Below, in pieces: positions 8,801 through 17,583 of a stretch of DNA of 53,339 nt. The notes beneath the pieces are model-generated. The model was not told where the DNA came from. It ran no database searches and was given only the letters and a program-made list of their open reading frames with translations. A program made the position numbers and the translations under genes. Source of the stretch: a virus (taxonomy: Duplodnaviria > Caudoviricetes); the IMG/VR virus record IMGVR_UViG_3300032321_000329, positions 1 through 53,339 of that record, one strand, 5' to 3'. Position 1 is the first letter of the stretch. The number at the start of each line of letters is the position of its first letter.

Positions 8801-11248
8801 AGTTCCATTTGTTATTCCTTCGGGTGCGGCTGAACTACTTGCAATTAATGTAAATGTACTTCCGTTATATTTATAAAGTTCAACATAAAAAGATGGAGTT
8901 CCACCGCCCGATGAAGCACTAAAATACATTTCAAAGTTCCAATTACCGCCCGGAATTTCTAATAAAGAAGGGTCGTTAGCGTCCGTAATAAATTGAGAAA
9001 TATACCCATTTGCATTTATTGTAAAATTAGTTCCGGCACCAATAACAGGTACCTTACTCATTTCATAATAAGTATTGCCACCAAAAGTTCCTTGATTAAT
9101 ACTTCCGTTTAAATAATAAGAAACTGAACTACCACCACCGCCTGATGAAGGAAAATTTGCTAATTGACCATCTCCTCTAATATATTGAGATGCAACACCT
9201 GCTCCCGTAACTGCAATTGTACCATTTGAAGTTAATGGTGAATTGGAAACAGTAAATGCTGATGGCATACTAATACCTACTGATGTTAATCCGCTATCTG
9301 AACTATTAATCCATTCAGTTCCACTATATTTTAATATTTGACCTGCTGATGGTGTTGTTAAAGTAACATCACTTAATTGAGTCAATGAATAATCACCTTC
9401 TTGTGCTACTACGTTACCTGTTCTTCCAAATACTGAACTAACACCTGCAACAATTGTCCATGCTCTATCAGCAGATAAGTCATAAAGAACTCCATTAATA
9501 CTTAATGTTCTTGAAGTTGGAACATATCCGTTTAAATCACTTACTAAAGCCAATGTACCTGTTGCACTTGGTAAAGTATAAGTATATGTACCATTACCTA
9601 ATGTACTTGCAAAGTTTACATTTTGATAGAAATTATTATTAGTACCATCATATCTATATCTTAAATTGCCATAACCATCAGATAATACAACATTATTAGA
9701 AGTTATACTATCACCCAACCAACCACCAACAATAGTATTACCACTTCCCGTAAGAATATCACCACCTGCAAATCTACCAATAAATGTATTATTAATTCCT
9801 GTTTGAATACCTGAACCTGCACTTGCTCCTAATGCTGTATTTTGATAACCTGTAGTAACAGCTATTAAAGCAGAACCACCAACTGCAATATTACTATATC
9901 CTGATGTAAGATAAGGTAAAGTAGTATTACCAATAGCAATATTTGAAGCTCCTGTTGCAGTAAAAACACCCATTGTGTTACTATTACCTATTGCTATATT
10001 ATTTACATTTGTACTTGTACCTCTACCTATAACAACACTATTAACAGTTAAATTATAAGGTCCTAAATTAACAGGTCCCGTAGCACCTGTGTAAGGAACA
10101 TATCCTGTTAGTACACTGCCATAATCAGGTATATTTAATGTACTTCCAATTAATGTAGATGGACCACTTGTACCTGTTGTTGTTAAAGTGATTGTATCTT
10201 GCTTGTCATTAAACGTATCCCAATCTGTTGAACTTAAATATCCATCAGTTGAAGTATCTGCTTGACTTATACTTATAACAGGATTTCCACCACCCGTAGA
10301 AGATAATGGAGCAGTTGCACCAACTGAACCAACTCCTGCTGCTATTGTCCATGTTCTATCTGCTGATAAATTATAACTAACTCCATTGATTGTAAGTATT
10401 CTTGATTGAGGAACACCTCCTAATCCTGCTAATGTATAGTTAGGAACATTTATTGTATTACCAATAAAAGTAGATGCTCCGCTTGAACCGGAAGTTGTTA
10501 AACTAATAGCATTTTGTTTACCGTCAAAAGTTATCCAATCAAGACTTGATAAATAACCATCTTGAGTACTACCTGCTTGTTGAATAGAAATTACTTTAGT
10601 AATACTATCAATGCTTAATGGAGATGTTGCTGTATAGACAGGTAAATTAACCCATGCTACCGCAGAACCTGTACTTGAAAGTACTTGACCTGCTGCACCT
10701 ATATATCCATTATAATCTCTTAAAGAACCATCTAAAATTAATTGATTAAAAATACTTGCAGTATTAACACTGATATCCAATGCCTCAATATTAGCATCTA
10801 ATATAATGTCAACGTCAGCCGTATTACCTGACGTAAGAACTTGTTGTAAATTTGGAATAACAGTAGGAATGGTGTACCATTCTACTTTAGTTCCTGTACT
10901 TCTTAAAAATTGACCTGCTGTTCCTATTGAATTTAGTCTATCATATAATCCACCTGTAATATGAGTCTCTCCTGTTAAATAACTATTTAAAATAGTAGCC
11001 GTAGCTCCTACATTTATATTAGTAGTATTAATAGTACCCGTAAGATTAATGTTCTGAGTAGCTGTATTACCGTAATCCAAAACACCTTGTAAAGTATTTT
11101 GTGGAATATTTGGGATGAATAAAGTTAATAATTCTTGTAACGTAAAGTTATAAGTTATATCCTCAATTACACCTCCAACACTTGTTCCGATTAGTTTATC
11201 GGCTAACTTAGGTACAGGAGTTACCTCGTATATACTAATCTTTGACAT
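5897..11248 (-). CDS. Tail fibre with internal repeats and C-terminal intramolecular chaperone (peptidase S74-like)
   Basis: Thr/Gly/Ser-rich; GNVGIGTTSP motif; SDIRIKENIK cleavage motif; terminal coiled coil LVNAIKELEARL. Confidence 0.85.
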   Translation of the reverse strand: MSKISIYEVTPVPKLADKLIGTSVGGVIEDITYNFTLQELLTLFIPNIPQNTLQGVLDYGNTATQNINLTGTINTTNINVGATATILNSYLTGETHITGGLYDRLNSIGTAGQFLRSTGTKVEWYTIPTVIPNLQQVLTSGNTADVDIILDANIEALDISVNTASIFNQLILDGSLRDYNGYIGAAGQVLSSTGSAVAWVNLPVYTATSPLSIDSITKVISIQQAGSTQDGYLSSLDWITFDGKQNAISLTTSGSSGASTFIGNTINVPNYTLAGLGGVPQSRILTINGVSYNLSADRTWTIAAGVGSVGATAPLSSTGGGNPVISISQADTSTDGYLSSTDWDTFNDKQDTITLTTTGTSGPSTLIGSTLNIPDYGSVLTGYVPYTGATGPVNLGPYNLTVNSVVIGRGTSTNVNNIAIGNSNTMGVFTATGASNIAIGNTTLPYLTSGYSNIAVGGSALIAVTTGYQNTALGASAGSGIQTGINNTFIGRFAGGDILTGSGNTIVGGWLGDSITSNNVVLSDGYGNLRYRYDGTNNNFYQNVNFASTLGNGTYTYTLPSATGTLALVSDLNGYVPTSRTLSINGVLYDLSADRAWTIVAGVSSVFGRTGNVVAQEGDYSLTQLSDVTLTTPSAGQILKYSGTEWINSSDSGLTSVGISMPSAFTVSNSPLTSNGTIAVTGAGVASQYIRGDGQLANFPSSGGGGSSVSYYLNGSINQGTFGGNTYYEMSKVPVIGAGTNFTINANGYISQFITDANDPSLLEIPGGNWNFEMYFSASSGGGTPSFYVELYKYNGSTFTLIASSSAAPEGITNGTTIDLYTTALAVPTTSLTVTDRLAVRVYVTHSGRTITLHTENSTLCQVITTFSTGILALNGLTAQVQYFAAGTAGTDFAVNSVTDTHTFNLPTASAANRGALSTSDWTTFNDKIGGIGTINYLPKFTGSSAVGNSIAYDGGSSIGINTNAPYDSSQFKLDVNGGLIVKNTSGVTAQFVLINSNPAGGGNEAFIINSVGGTSSASWGQIQTYYGLSVPDGALRLQPSGGQILVGTTTPSFFTLDVNGSFRATGQITLGSTISNGTYSYTLPSASGTLALTSDLAFYVPTSRTLTINGVTYDLSADRSWSITAGVSSVSATSPLFSSGGSTPNLTIQLATAGQDGYLSSIDWNTFNNKQNALTNPVTGTGTTNYLPKFTGSSTIGNSIAYDGGSSIGINTTAPYAPSSFKLDVNGGLLIKNTSGTTAVLTLIDADPSGGGNNGFVQMTAGGTSISSYGSLQTYYGTSLVGGALRLQPSGGAVLINKTTDSGLAALQITGAIQQSSVTAAIVKADSSGIFTAAVAGTDYVAPSALSGYVPTSRTLSINGVSYDLSADRSWTITAGISSVSGTAPISVSTISGAATVSISQATTSTNGYLSSSDWTTFNNKVPPSRTLTINGTTYDLSADRSWTINSMVYPSAGIAVSTGTAWTTSITDNSANWNTAYSLRISSATSPLSITSNVISISQATTSTNGYLSSTDWNTFNGKQSALTNPITGTGTINYHPKFTASGTIGNSLIWDNGTNVGIGNTNTTYKLDVTGTGRFTDNVQLDNTSPIFIANGTSTYYGGLSIRQSGTEKARFAANSVSGAYVYSPTFNGFAILSDTITPFIITTAGNVGIGTTSPGYQLQLSTDSAAKPTSALWTIASDIRIKENIKPYNKGLQELLQINPITYDYNGLGGFKKSIGGVGIIAQEIINILPNSVSSIKAKLNETDNEETDILNFNGHELIYVLVNAIKELEARLKTLENK

Positions 11249-11261
11249 CCGCTATAAAATT

Positions 11262-11525
11262 TTAGTGTACTATCTTCAATGCATCTCCTGTTCTATAGAT
11301 TTGACCTATTACTAACCCTCCTGCTAATGCTGCAGCATTATCTGCATACACGGGTGTAGAAGCTATAACAATAGCAGGAGCATTAAAATTAGCTTCAAAT
11401 AATTCTAATAACTCTGCCGGAGTAAAGTTATAAGTACCATTTGGAGGCGTACCATCAACGCTTGTTCCGACAAGTCTATCATCTAATTTAGGAAGAGCAA
11501 CAATAGTATATGAGTTAATTTTCAT
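11262..11525 (-). CDS. Short paralog of the tail-fibre N-terminus
   Basis: MKINSYTIVALPKLDDRLVGTSV..TYNFT..ELL aligns with the fibre start MSKISIYEVTPVPKLADKLIGTSV..TYNFT..ELL. Confidence 0.7.
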   Translation of the reverse strand: MKINSYTIVALPKLDDRLVGTSVDGTPPNGTYNFTPAELLELFEANFNAPAIVIASTPVYADNAAALAGGLVIGQIYRTGDALKIVH

Positions 11526-11526
11526 T

Positions 11527-11868
11527 TTAAACTAATGTTAAAAGATATAAAGTCTCATTTACAAGACCTAACATCTCGTCCATAATATTTTGTAAGTCTG
11601 AAGCATAGTTATCTCTTTCAGCCTCAATAGTTGCTTGCATACCTTTTAAATGGGTAACAGCATCTTGCTTTTTGGATTCAGGGATAGTTATCTCAAGACG
11701 ACCACTGCGACCAAATAACTTTTCAGTAAATGAATCAGTCAAATCTAAGATTTTATCATAATAAGCTCCAAGTGCCTTATGCTCTGCAAAAGACCTTGTA
11801 TCCAAATGAGTCAAATGCATTGCATCTCTTGACTGAAATAGGATTCCTAAAAATTTATTTGGTGCCAT
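11527..11868 (-). CDS. Ferritin/Dps-like four-helix protein
   Basis: HLTH..SFAEHKALGAYYD..LTDSFTE..DLQNIMDEM..YLLTL pattern of phage Dps-like proteins. Confidence 0.6.
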   Translation of the reverse strand: MAPNKFLGILFQSRDAMHLTHLDTRSFAEHKALGAYYDKILDLTDSFTEKLFGRSGRLEITIPESKKQDAVTHLKGMQATIEAERDNYASDLQNIMDEMLGLVNETLYLLTLV

Positions 11869-11871
11869 AGT

Positions 11872-12111
11872 TTAATTTTTTTCTTGTTCTTTTTTAGTTA
11901 CCTCACCCGTTTGCATATTAATAACTGAATCTGCTCCGTATTTGTCAATAAGGAACTGCTCGTTAGTTGTAAAGGCATCAACAATGCTGTGTGCTTGTTT
12001 GATTAACCCTTGCTTTTGTAATTCAAGTTCACCAAGACCTATCTTTATCTTAGTGTACTCTGCTGAACCTGTTTTAATAAATTCTAATTCTTCGTTTGTT
12101 AAATTTGCCAT
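11872..12111 (-). CDS. Hypothetical coiled-coil protein
   Basis: 79-aa ORF in the operon, ending in a KYG..INMQTGEV motif. Confidence 0.65.
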   Translation of the reverse strand: MANLTNEELEFIKTGSAEYTKIKIGLGELELQKQGLIKQAHSIVDAFTTNEQFLIDKYGADSVINMQTGEVTKKEQEKN

Positions 12112-12130
12112 AAATTAAGTTTAATTTTTA

Positions 12131-12138
12131 CAAATATA
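12131..12138 (-). promoter_or_regulatory. Bacteroidota sigma70-type -7 element
   Basis: TATATTTG on the minus strand, 20 nt upstream of the ATG at 12111. Confidence 0.55.
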
Positions 12139-12152
12139 GTAAATAAAAATTA

Positions 12153-12608
12153 TCATTTAAGCAAGAACTTCCAAACCAACCAAGCTATTAAGGCTATTAA
12201 CAACAACCATAAATAAATAAAGTAATTGGCTTTTTTGTCAACTTTCTTTTCAAAAACCTCGGATTTAACATCTTTTTGTACTGATATCTTATTCTCAACA
12301 GACTTAGACACCATAGATTTTGACGTATCCACTACATGTCTGCGTGTTTTTTTAAGTCTAACTGTAGCATTATAGTACTTCTTATCACCTATAATAATAG
12401 GTTTAGTAGTATCAATTGGTACTATCTCAACCTCGTCAATGTCCTCTTTAATAGAAATAGCGTTCTGATTTACAGATACGCTATCCTTCTTTTCGACAGC
12501 CGTGCTGTCAATATGTGTTTCTATCTGTGTTTTTGTAACTGCTACCTTTCTTGAAGCACAAGAGAATAATAAGAAACTAAGTAATATTAGTGTAAGATGT
12601 TTTGCCAT
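12153..12608 (-). CDS. Putative unimolecular spanin
   Basis: N-terminal lipoprotein signal (LLFSC), beta-rich middle, C-terminal TM (YFIYLWLLLIALIAWLVW); follows the endolysin. Confidence 0.6.
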   Translation of the reverse strand: MAKHLTLILLSFLLFSCASRKVAVTKTQIETHIDSTAVEKKDSVSVNQNAISIKEDIDEVEIVPIDTTKPIIIGDKKYYNATVRLKKTRRHVVDTSKSMVSKSVENKISVQKDVKSEVFEKKVDKKANYFIYLWLLLIALIAWLVWKFLLK

Positions 12609-13041
12609 TTGATTTGGTTGCTTTTAATTTTTGACCCCTGTTTTTATCTTTATTATAAGAAACATGAACCCAATCAGGGTTAGAATCATTTCCAAACTCC
12701 CAAATTAATTGGTCAAATTGTAAATTATCTTTAATGTAATCGTAAATCATTTTGTTAGTAACTCCATTTGGACTACCATCCATATCTATATCAATGGCTT
12801 GACCCTTACAGTGTTGTGAAGATAAACTTCCTCCAATAAAAATATTTAAGTCTTTTGACCTATAACCACTTGAAATATGAATAGGACATCTAAAATTATT
12901 GCGAATAGGTTCAAATACCTTTTCAGCTAATTCCTTAAAGTTTGCAATATGCTCTTCTGTAGGCATATTACTAATTCCATTACGTTTTGCTGAGTCGCTT
13001 CTGATTAATTCAGATAAGTCTAAATGTTCTGAAATTCGCAT
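12577..13041 (-). CDS. Endolysin, peptidase M15 family
   Basis: ISSGYRS, SQHCKGQAID and WVHVSY zinc-peptidase motifs. Confidence 0.85.
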   Translation of the reverse strand: MRISEHLDLSELIRSDSAKRNGISNMPTEEHIANFKELAEKVFEPIRNNFRCPIHISSGYRSKDLNIFIGGSLSSQHCKGQAIDIDMDGSPNGVTNKMIYDYIKDNLQFDQLIWEFGNDSNPDWVHVSYNKDKNRGQKLKATKSNGKTSYTNIT

Positions 13042-13043
13042 AT

Positions 13044-13304
13044 TTATTCTTTTTTATCTGTTCCTTTAAATCCTTTTACAAGAGTTGTTACTGATTCAAT
13101 AGTAGTAAGACCTAATGCTACTGCACTAAGTGCAAAAGTTGCCCACACAAGAGAATCTGCCGGAGCAAAGTCACCATGTGATTTTGAGTTGTCATATAGA
13201 GTATAAAACAATGCAAACGCACCAATTATACCTACTAATCTTTTGCTTGACGTTCCACTCTCAGAGGAAAAAAATCCACTTAGCCAAGTAAATATCTTTT
13301 TCAT
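13044..13304 (-). CDS. Putative holin
   Basis: SSKR followed by two hydrophobic helices and a charged tail; directly upstream of the endolysin. Confidence 0.6.
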   Translation of the reverse strand: MKKIFTWLSGFFSSESGTSSKRLVGIIGAFALFYTLYDNSKSHGDFAPADSLVWATFALSAVALGLTTIESVTTLVKGFKGTDKKE

Positions 13305-13307
13305 TTA

Positions 13308-13661
13308 TTAATTATTTGTAGTGTCAACTTTTGTTTTACCCCAAAAACTCTTTTTTTCTTTAATCTGAATAGTGTCATGTATATACACTGTATCTACTTT
13401 AACCTTAATCTCACTAATCTGACTAATTTCACTTTTTAATTCTTTTACTTCTTCGTTTAAAGTTACAATTTTGCTAATTGTTTGAGCAACCAATTTATCT
13501 TCTTTTGCTTTAGCTTTTTTATGAACTTCTTTAAATTTGTTTTGATTATCAGTTACACTACTAATTAGTTTATTAAACTCAGCATCTTTTTGCTGCTCAG
13601 CACTTTGTTGTTGAGCACTTAATGTGCAGCCTGTTAAAAAAATAAAAAATAAATATTTCAT
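13308..13661 (-). CDS. Lipoprotein, possible o-spanin
   Basis: Signal MKYLFFIFLTGC with lipobox; coiled coil; in the lysis cassette. Confidence 0.45.
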   Translation of the reverse strand: MKYLFFIFLTGCTLSAQQQSAEQQKDAEFNKLISSVTDNQNKFKEVHKKAKAKEDKLVAQTISKIVTLNEEVKELKSEISQISEIKVKVDTVYIHDTIQIKEKKSFWGKTKVDTTNN

Positions 13662-13954
13662 TATTTAATTCTTTGAATTTTACCTAATTGTTCTAATGTG
13701 CTTAATTTTGAAGTAGCTGCAGCTAATGACGAGTCTGTCTTTCTAAGTACAAATTGCATTACCTCAACCTTTACTTCTAACTTCTCAACTTTTACATTTT
13801 GAGATACTATCTGCTCTTTAAATGTTGACTTAACATCTATATATAGGTAAGATATTGCTATCAATACCAAGAATAACGTAGCTACAATTGGATTCTTTGC
13901 AAATGTCTTGAAATCCATTATACTCGTTATAGGGTTTAAATTTTTTGCTACCAT
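13661..13954 (-). CDS. Membrane-anchored coiled-coil protein, possible i-spanin
   Basis: N-terminal TM (IVATLFLVLIAISYLYI) then heptad repeats; coupled to the lipoprotein gene. Confidence 0.45.
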   Translation of the reverse strand: MVAKNLNPITSIMDFKTFAKNPIVATLFLVLIAISYLYIDVKSTFKEQIVSQNVKVEKLEVKVEVMQFVLRKTDSSLAAATSKLSTLEQLGKIQRIK

Positions 13955-13965
13955 AGTATTATTAT

Positions 13966-14097
13966 TTATCGTCCTTGACCTCTATATTGTTTCTTATAAA
14001 GTTTACTTGTCTTAGTCTTACTTGTTTGAGTTTTAGCTGCTAAACCTCTTTTCTTTGGTTTCTTAATATAAGAACTACCACTTGTTGCCTTTGCCAT
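13966..14097 (-). CDS. Small Lys-rich protein (43 aa)
   Basis: MAKATSGSSYIKKPKKRG...YKKQYRGQGR; TAATG overlap with the upstream gene; not in the ORF track. Confidence 0.6.
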   Translation of the reverse strand: MAKATSGSSYIKKPKKRGLAAKTQTSKTKTSKLYKKQYRGQGR

Positions 14098-14387
14098 TAT
14101 TTTCTAAGTATATATTCAGTAATAACTTTTAATGCTCCTAAGCCAACCAATGTAACCAACGCATAGAAATAAGATTTGTATTTTTTTAACTCAGCCTTTA
14201 ATTCGTAAACTTCTTTCTTAATCTCTTTAAAGTTACCAATTAATCCACTTGACTCTTTGTCTATTGGATTACCTGCTAACAAAGTATATACATCTTTAAG
14301 CATCGCTTTCATTTCAGATACCTCAGTCTTAATAGACTCTAATTCTTCTGCCATAATATCAAGTCGGCTATTATCTTGGTGGTTCAT
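14097..14387 (-). CDS. Coiled-coil protein with C-terminal TM helix
   Basis: Heptads followed by YFYALVTLVGLGAL; near lysis genes. Confidence 0.6.
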   Translation of the reverse strand: MNHQDNSRLDIMAEELESIKTEVSEMKAMLKDVYTLLAGNPIDKESSGLIGNFKEIKKEVYELKAELKKYKSYFYALVTLVGLGALKVITEYILRK

Positions 14388-14396
14388 AATACGTTA

Positions 14397-14888
14397 TTAC
14401 CAAAGTGCGTTAATAAGTGTTGCTGTTGTTCCGCTGCCTACTGAAAATACTTTTATTACTTGAATTGGTAATACTGTACCTGCAGGAACTCCTGAAAATG
14501 TAATTATATCTTGACCTATAGTTGTAACTCTTACATTACCTGCACCACCAACATATAAAAAACATCCTTGATTACCTGAGCCTGTTTGAGGAGACGCTTG
14601 ATATATAGTATATGCTTTTCCCGATGCTGCAAATATGTCTATGTTAAGAACAATTACTGTAGCACTTGTTACAGATACCACAGTTGCAGTAGTACTATCA
14701 GTTGTGTTGTAAACAATATCACCTGTTTTAACATTTGCATTAATAAAATCTCCTGATGTATTTACAAGTTGATTTGTTACAGCACTTGTATTTGTTCCTG
14801 AAGTAACAACTGCAGGAAATGGTACATTTGAATTATTACTTGGTATAACTGATAATGACCTCGAAAATGTTGTTTTAAAAACTGACAT
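14397..14888 (-). CDS. Putative virion structural protein
   Basis: Thr/Val-rich beta protein ending LYVGGAGNV..GVPAGTVLPIQV..TTAT..ALW. Confidence 0.55.
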   Translation of the reverse strand: MSVFKTTFSRSLSVIPSNNSNVPFPAVVTSGTNTSAVTNQLVNTSGDFINANVKTGDIVYNTTDSTTATVVSVTSATVIVLNIDIFAASGKAYTIYQASPQTGSGNQGCFLYVGGAGNVRVTTIGQDIITFSGVPAGTVLPIQVIKVFSVGSGTTATLINALW

Positions 14889-14893
14889 ATTTT

Positions 14894-15064
14894 TTATTTT
14901 TTATCTTGATAAGGGAATGCCTTATTTAATGCTTCTTTTCTTTTTTTACACCCACAATCACTATTTGTTGCTTTCGCTACAATATCTACTACTTTTTTAA
15001 TTCCTGTAACAGTTGTAATTTTCTCAACCGTATCACCAAATCCTCTACTTTTTTTTTGTTCCAT
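14894..15064 (-). CDS. Small hypothetical protein (56 aa)
   Basis: MEQKKSRGFGDTVEKITTVTGIKK..DCGCKKRKEALN; preceded by TATCTTTG at 15092-15099; not in the ORF track. Confidence 0.65.
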   Translation of the reverse strand: MEQKKSRGFGDTVEKITTVTGIKKVVDIVAKATNSDCGCKKRKEALNKAFPYQDKK

Positions 15065-15099
15065 TTGATTTAATTTTAAATTCTAATAAAACAAAGATA

Positions 15100-15369
15100 T
15101 TAAATATTTCTAATGATTTTTGCAGCATTTGTTTTAGGGTTATAGGAAAACTCACCTTTCGGTTTACCTGTTGCTTTTGACGCTCTATCTATCGCCCTTT
15201 CTGCTGCTGTCATCTCATTACGTCTTTCTCCTTCAGCAGTAAAAGTTTTTCCATCTGCTTTTAAGTGACCACGCTTTTGCAATAATGCTATTGCTGTTTC
15301 TCTACTTCCTACTTGCATTGCCAATCTATTTATCAATTGACCTTTGCCTAAAAACTGTTGAGTTTTCAT
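15100..15369 (-). CDS. Hypothetical basic protein
   Basis: ORF track; coupled to the upstream gene. Confidence 0.65.
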   Translation of the reverse strand: MKTQQFLGKGQLINRLAMQVGSRETAIALLQKRGHLKADGKTFTAEGERRNEMTAAERAIDRASKATGKPKGEFSYNPKTNAAKIIRNI

Positions 15370-15659
15370 TAGTATTTTCCTTTACGACCTTTTGGGTTAC
15401 TTGTTGTTGAACCACCGGGACCTGCCCATAAGTTTTTACAAGCCCAATATCTTGGTGTCAATTTATCATTTGCTGTGTCGCAACTATGTCTTGCTTTAAA
15501 ACTCTTACGAGCTGCAGCACTATAGTTGTTACCATAGCCCTTTGCTCCAAAGTGGAGGAGTTTCTCCTCCCCATTGGAACAGGCTTTAACCATTTTTTTC
15601 TTTCCCGGTCTATCAGACGGAACAGGATGGTTGCATTTCATTTTTGACTTATCAGCCAT
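15369..15659 (-). CDS. Basic phage protein
   Basis: KLLHFGAKG..RKSFKARH.C..RYWAC..LW motif, common in phage virion-associated proteins. Confidence 0.7.
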   Translation of the reverse strand: MADKSKMKCNHPVPSDRPGKKKMVKACSNGEEKLLHFGAKGYGNNYSAAARKSFKARHSCDTANDKLTPRYWACKNLWAGPGGSTTSNPKGRKGKY

Positions 15660-15664
15660 ATAAA

Positions 15665-15847
15665 TTAATGTCTAAAATCTCTTCTTGAATGACCCGGAGT
15701 TTGAACCTTGTCTTTTTCTTTTAACTCAGGAAGTGCATAAGCATCCTTTGCAGCTTTTGCTTTTGGAATCTCAGCTAATACTTCTTCTGAAATTTGAACG
15801 TCATCTTGGATGATATCATCCTTAGATTTTTTTAATCCGTTTGCCAT
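15665..15847 (-). CDS. Hypothetical protein
   Basis: 60-aa ORF with an A-rich leader. Confidence 0.55.
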   Translation of the reverse strand: MANGLKKSKDDIIQDDVQISEEVLAEIPKAKAAKDAYALPELKEKDKVQTPGHSRRDFRH

Positions 15848-15864
15848 AACTTCTGTTTTTAAAA

Positions 15865-16047
15865 TTAATACATCATTTTTTTAGTAGCACCTTTGCCTGC
15901 ACCTTTGATAGGTCCTTTAGAAGGAACACCACCACTCATGCCTAATGGTTTAACTTTAATAGGATTCTTGATAGATGGACCACCACCTGTAGGGGGTTTT
16001 AATCTTGAAGATGCCGGTAAGTTTGGAGTTGACTTAATGTTTGCCAT
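15865..16047 (-). CDS. Small Lys/Pro/Gly-rich protein
   Basis: 60 aa with no acidic residues. Confidence 0.55.
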   Translation of the reverse strand: MANIKSTPNLPASSRLKPPTGGGPSIKNPIKVKPLGMSGGVPSKGPIKGAGKGATKKMMY

Positions 16048-16059
16048 TTTTTTTATTTT

Positions 16060-16290
16060 TTAATTGTTTATTAAAGGAGTTGTATCTAACGGTTTCATGT
16101 TCTGTCTGCCTAAAGTATTTTTAATTGTCTCAAGACCTTGAACTCTTGGACCTTCAGCAACTCTTCTTTTATAACGACCCAATGAATTTTTTAATTTTTC
16201 ACGTCCTTCTTGCACAGCTTTTATCTTTTTAACCTGTGAATTTTTGAATGTAATTGCGTCTAATTTCTGTTGAAGTGTCTCGTTTGCCAT
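16060..16290 (-). CDS. Hypothetical basic protein
   Basis: 76-aa ORF preceded by TACATTTG (16313-16320, minus strand). Confidence 0.6.
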   Translation of the reverse strand: MANETLQQKLDAITFKNSQVKKIKAVQEGREKLKNSLGRYKRRVAEGPRVQGLETIKNTLGRQNMKPLDTTPLINN

Positions 16291-16335
16291 AATTATTTAT
16301 AACTTTACAGTACAAATGTAATAAAATTTAATTAA

Positions 16336-16800
16336 ATGAAAACACCACCTAATGATTATTTAAAATTTTGGAGGGTCATAAGATACTACATGAAGGCAAA
16401 ACATGGCTTAGGACAAGCCGACTTGGACATTATTTTATTTTTATACTCAGAAGGATACTTTGGTCAGGATAAGTTTGACGAGTTTGCTGAACTTGTAAGT
16501 TGGGAAGTCGGAAGATTTAAACGACTTCGTAAGGAAGGATGGATTGAAACATTCAGAACAAGAATGAAAAATGGCAAGGCACTTTATCAGCTAAGCTATA
16601 AATCAACTCGTCTTGTGCTTGACATTTACCGCAAACTAAACGGTGAAGAAATTCCATCAAGTCTTTCTGCAAACCCTATGTTTTTAAAGAATGTCTGCTA
16701 CAGCGATAAGGTTTACAGAAATATGATATTGGAAATGAATGCGTATAACAAGACACACAAATACGCCAAGCCTAAAGCTGAAGAAGTAGAAGAAGACTAA
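16336..16800 (+). CDS. Winged-helix (MarR-like) DNA-binding protein
   Basis: LGQADLDIILFLY..FKRLRKEGWI..YQLS pattern; the only plus-strand gene in the left arm. Confidence 0.55.
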   Translation: MKTPPNDYLKFWRVIRYYMKAKHGLGQADLDIILFLYSEGYFGQDKFDEFAELVSWEVGRFKRLRKEGWIETFRTRMKNGKALYQLSYKSTRLVLDIYRKLNGEEIPSSLSANPMFLKNVCYSDKVYRNMILEMNAYNKTHKYAKPKAEEVEED

Positions 16801-17054
16801 AGAACCACTACTACGTCACGCTCAGAAATGATAGTGAATTGTATATCATTTATCAGCATCGTAAAGCTATGAGCTTTGTCGTAGTATAACTCATCTCCTT
16901 CCTCAATGACAGTTACGTCAGTTCCCGATGCTACTACTGAAGCACGTTTGTACCTAAGTTGATTGGTATCTTCACCTGACAATATCAACCCACTCTCTGT
17001 TGTCACAGTTTCTTGTATGTCCTTGACAATTATGTATTTACCTATTGGTTTCAT
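16797..17054 (-). CDS. groES: Co-chaperonin GroES
   Basis: From ATG 17054: MKPIGKYIIVK..TTESGLIL..VVASG..EGDELYY..ISERDVVVVL. The ORF-track start at 17135 is too long. Confidence 0.85.
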   Translation of the reverse strand: MKPIGKYIIVKDIQETVTTESGLILSGEDTNQLRYKRASVVASGTDVTVIEEGDELYYDKAHSFTMLINDIQFTIISERDVVVVL

Positions 17055-17064
17055 GTATTTTGTT

Positions 17065-17583
17065 TTATTTCCAATGATTATTATGCATCTCCCACCAAAA
17101 AGTAAGGTCTTCTTTACTATCGTCATAGTACTCACCTACATAGTCAGACTTGTAAACAGACCCTATGTTCTCAAACATAGCAACGGTGTATATATTTGTA
17201 ATCCCTCTTTTAACTAAGTAGTCATCTAAGAAAGTATAGTTACCACCCCTAATGATACCTGCTTCTACTAATAAAACTTTCTTATTTTGTAGTTTATGCC
17301 CGAATACAGAGATAACTTTATTAAGCTCACCTATGTATGCGTCATCCCAAGTCTCATCAGGATAGGGTACATCAACTCCAAACCCATCGCATATCTCACC
17401 GTTAAAACTTAGTAAGTGTCTTAGCGTTTGACCAATGATGGAAGAGTAATCTGTAGATACAGTTACTACAACTGTATTGTCAGCATTAAACCCATCATTA
17501 GTTAGCTCAATACTTATTTTGTCTATTAAGAACTGCTCGTCATGAAACGATACGTTCATTATATCTCTATTGTTGTTGCTCAT
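17065..17583 (-). CDS. Type I phosphoribosyltransferase-fold protein
   Basis: KKVLLVEAGIIRGGNY resembles a PRPP-binding loop; C-terminal SDYVGE..LTFWWE as in gpt/hpt-like proteins. Confidence 0.55.
   Translation of the reverse strand: MSNNNRDIMNVSFHDEQFLIDKISIELTNDGFNADNTVVVTVSTDYSSIIGQTLRHLLSFNGEICDGFGVDVPYPDETWDDAYIGELNKVISVFGHKLQNKKVLLVEAGIIRGGNYTFLDDYLVKRGITNIYTVAMFENIGSVYKSDYVGEYYDDSKEDLTFWWEMHNNHWK

Noticed and set aside
5897-11248. Diversity-generating retroelement acting on the tail fibre
   Set aside because: No reverse transcriptase in the window; the repeats are diverged protein-level duplications, not adenine-specific TR/VR pairs.
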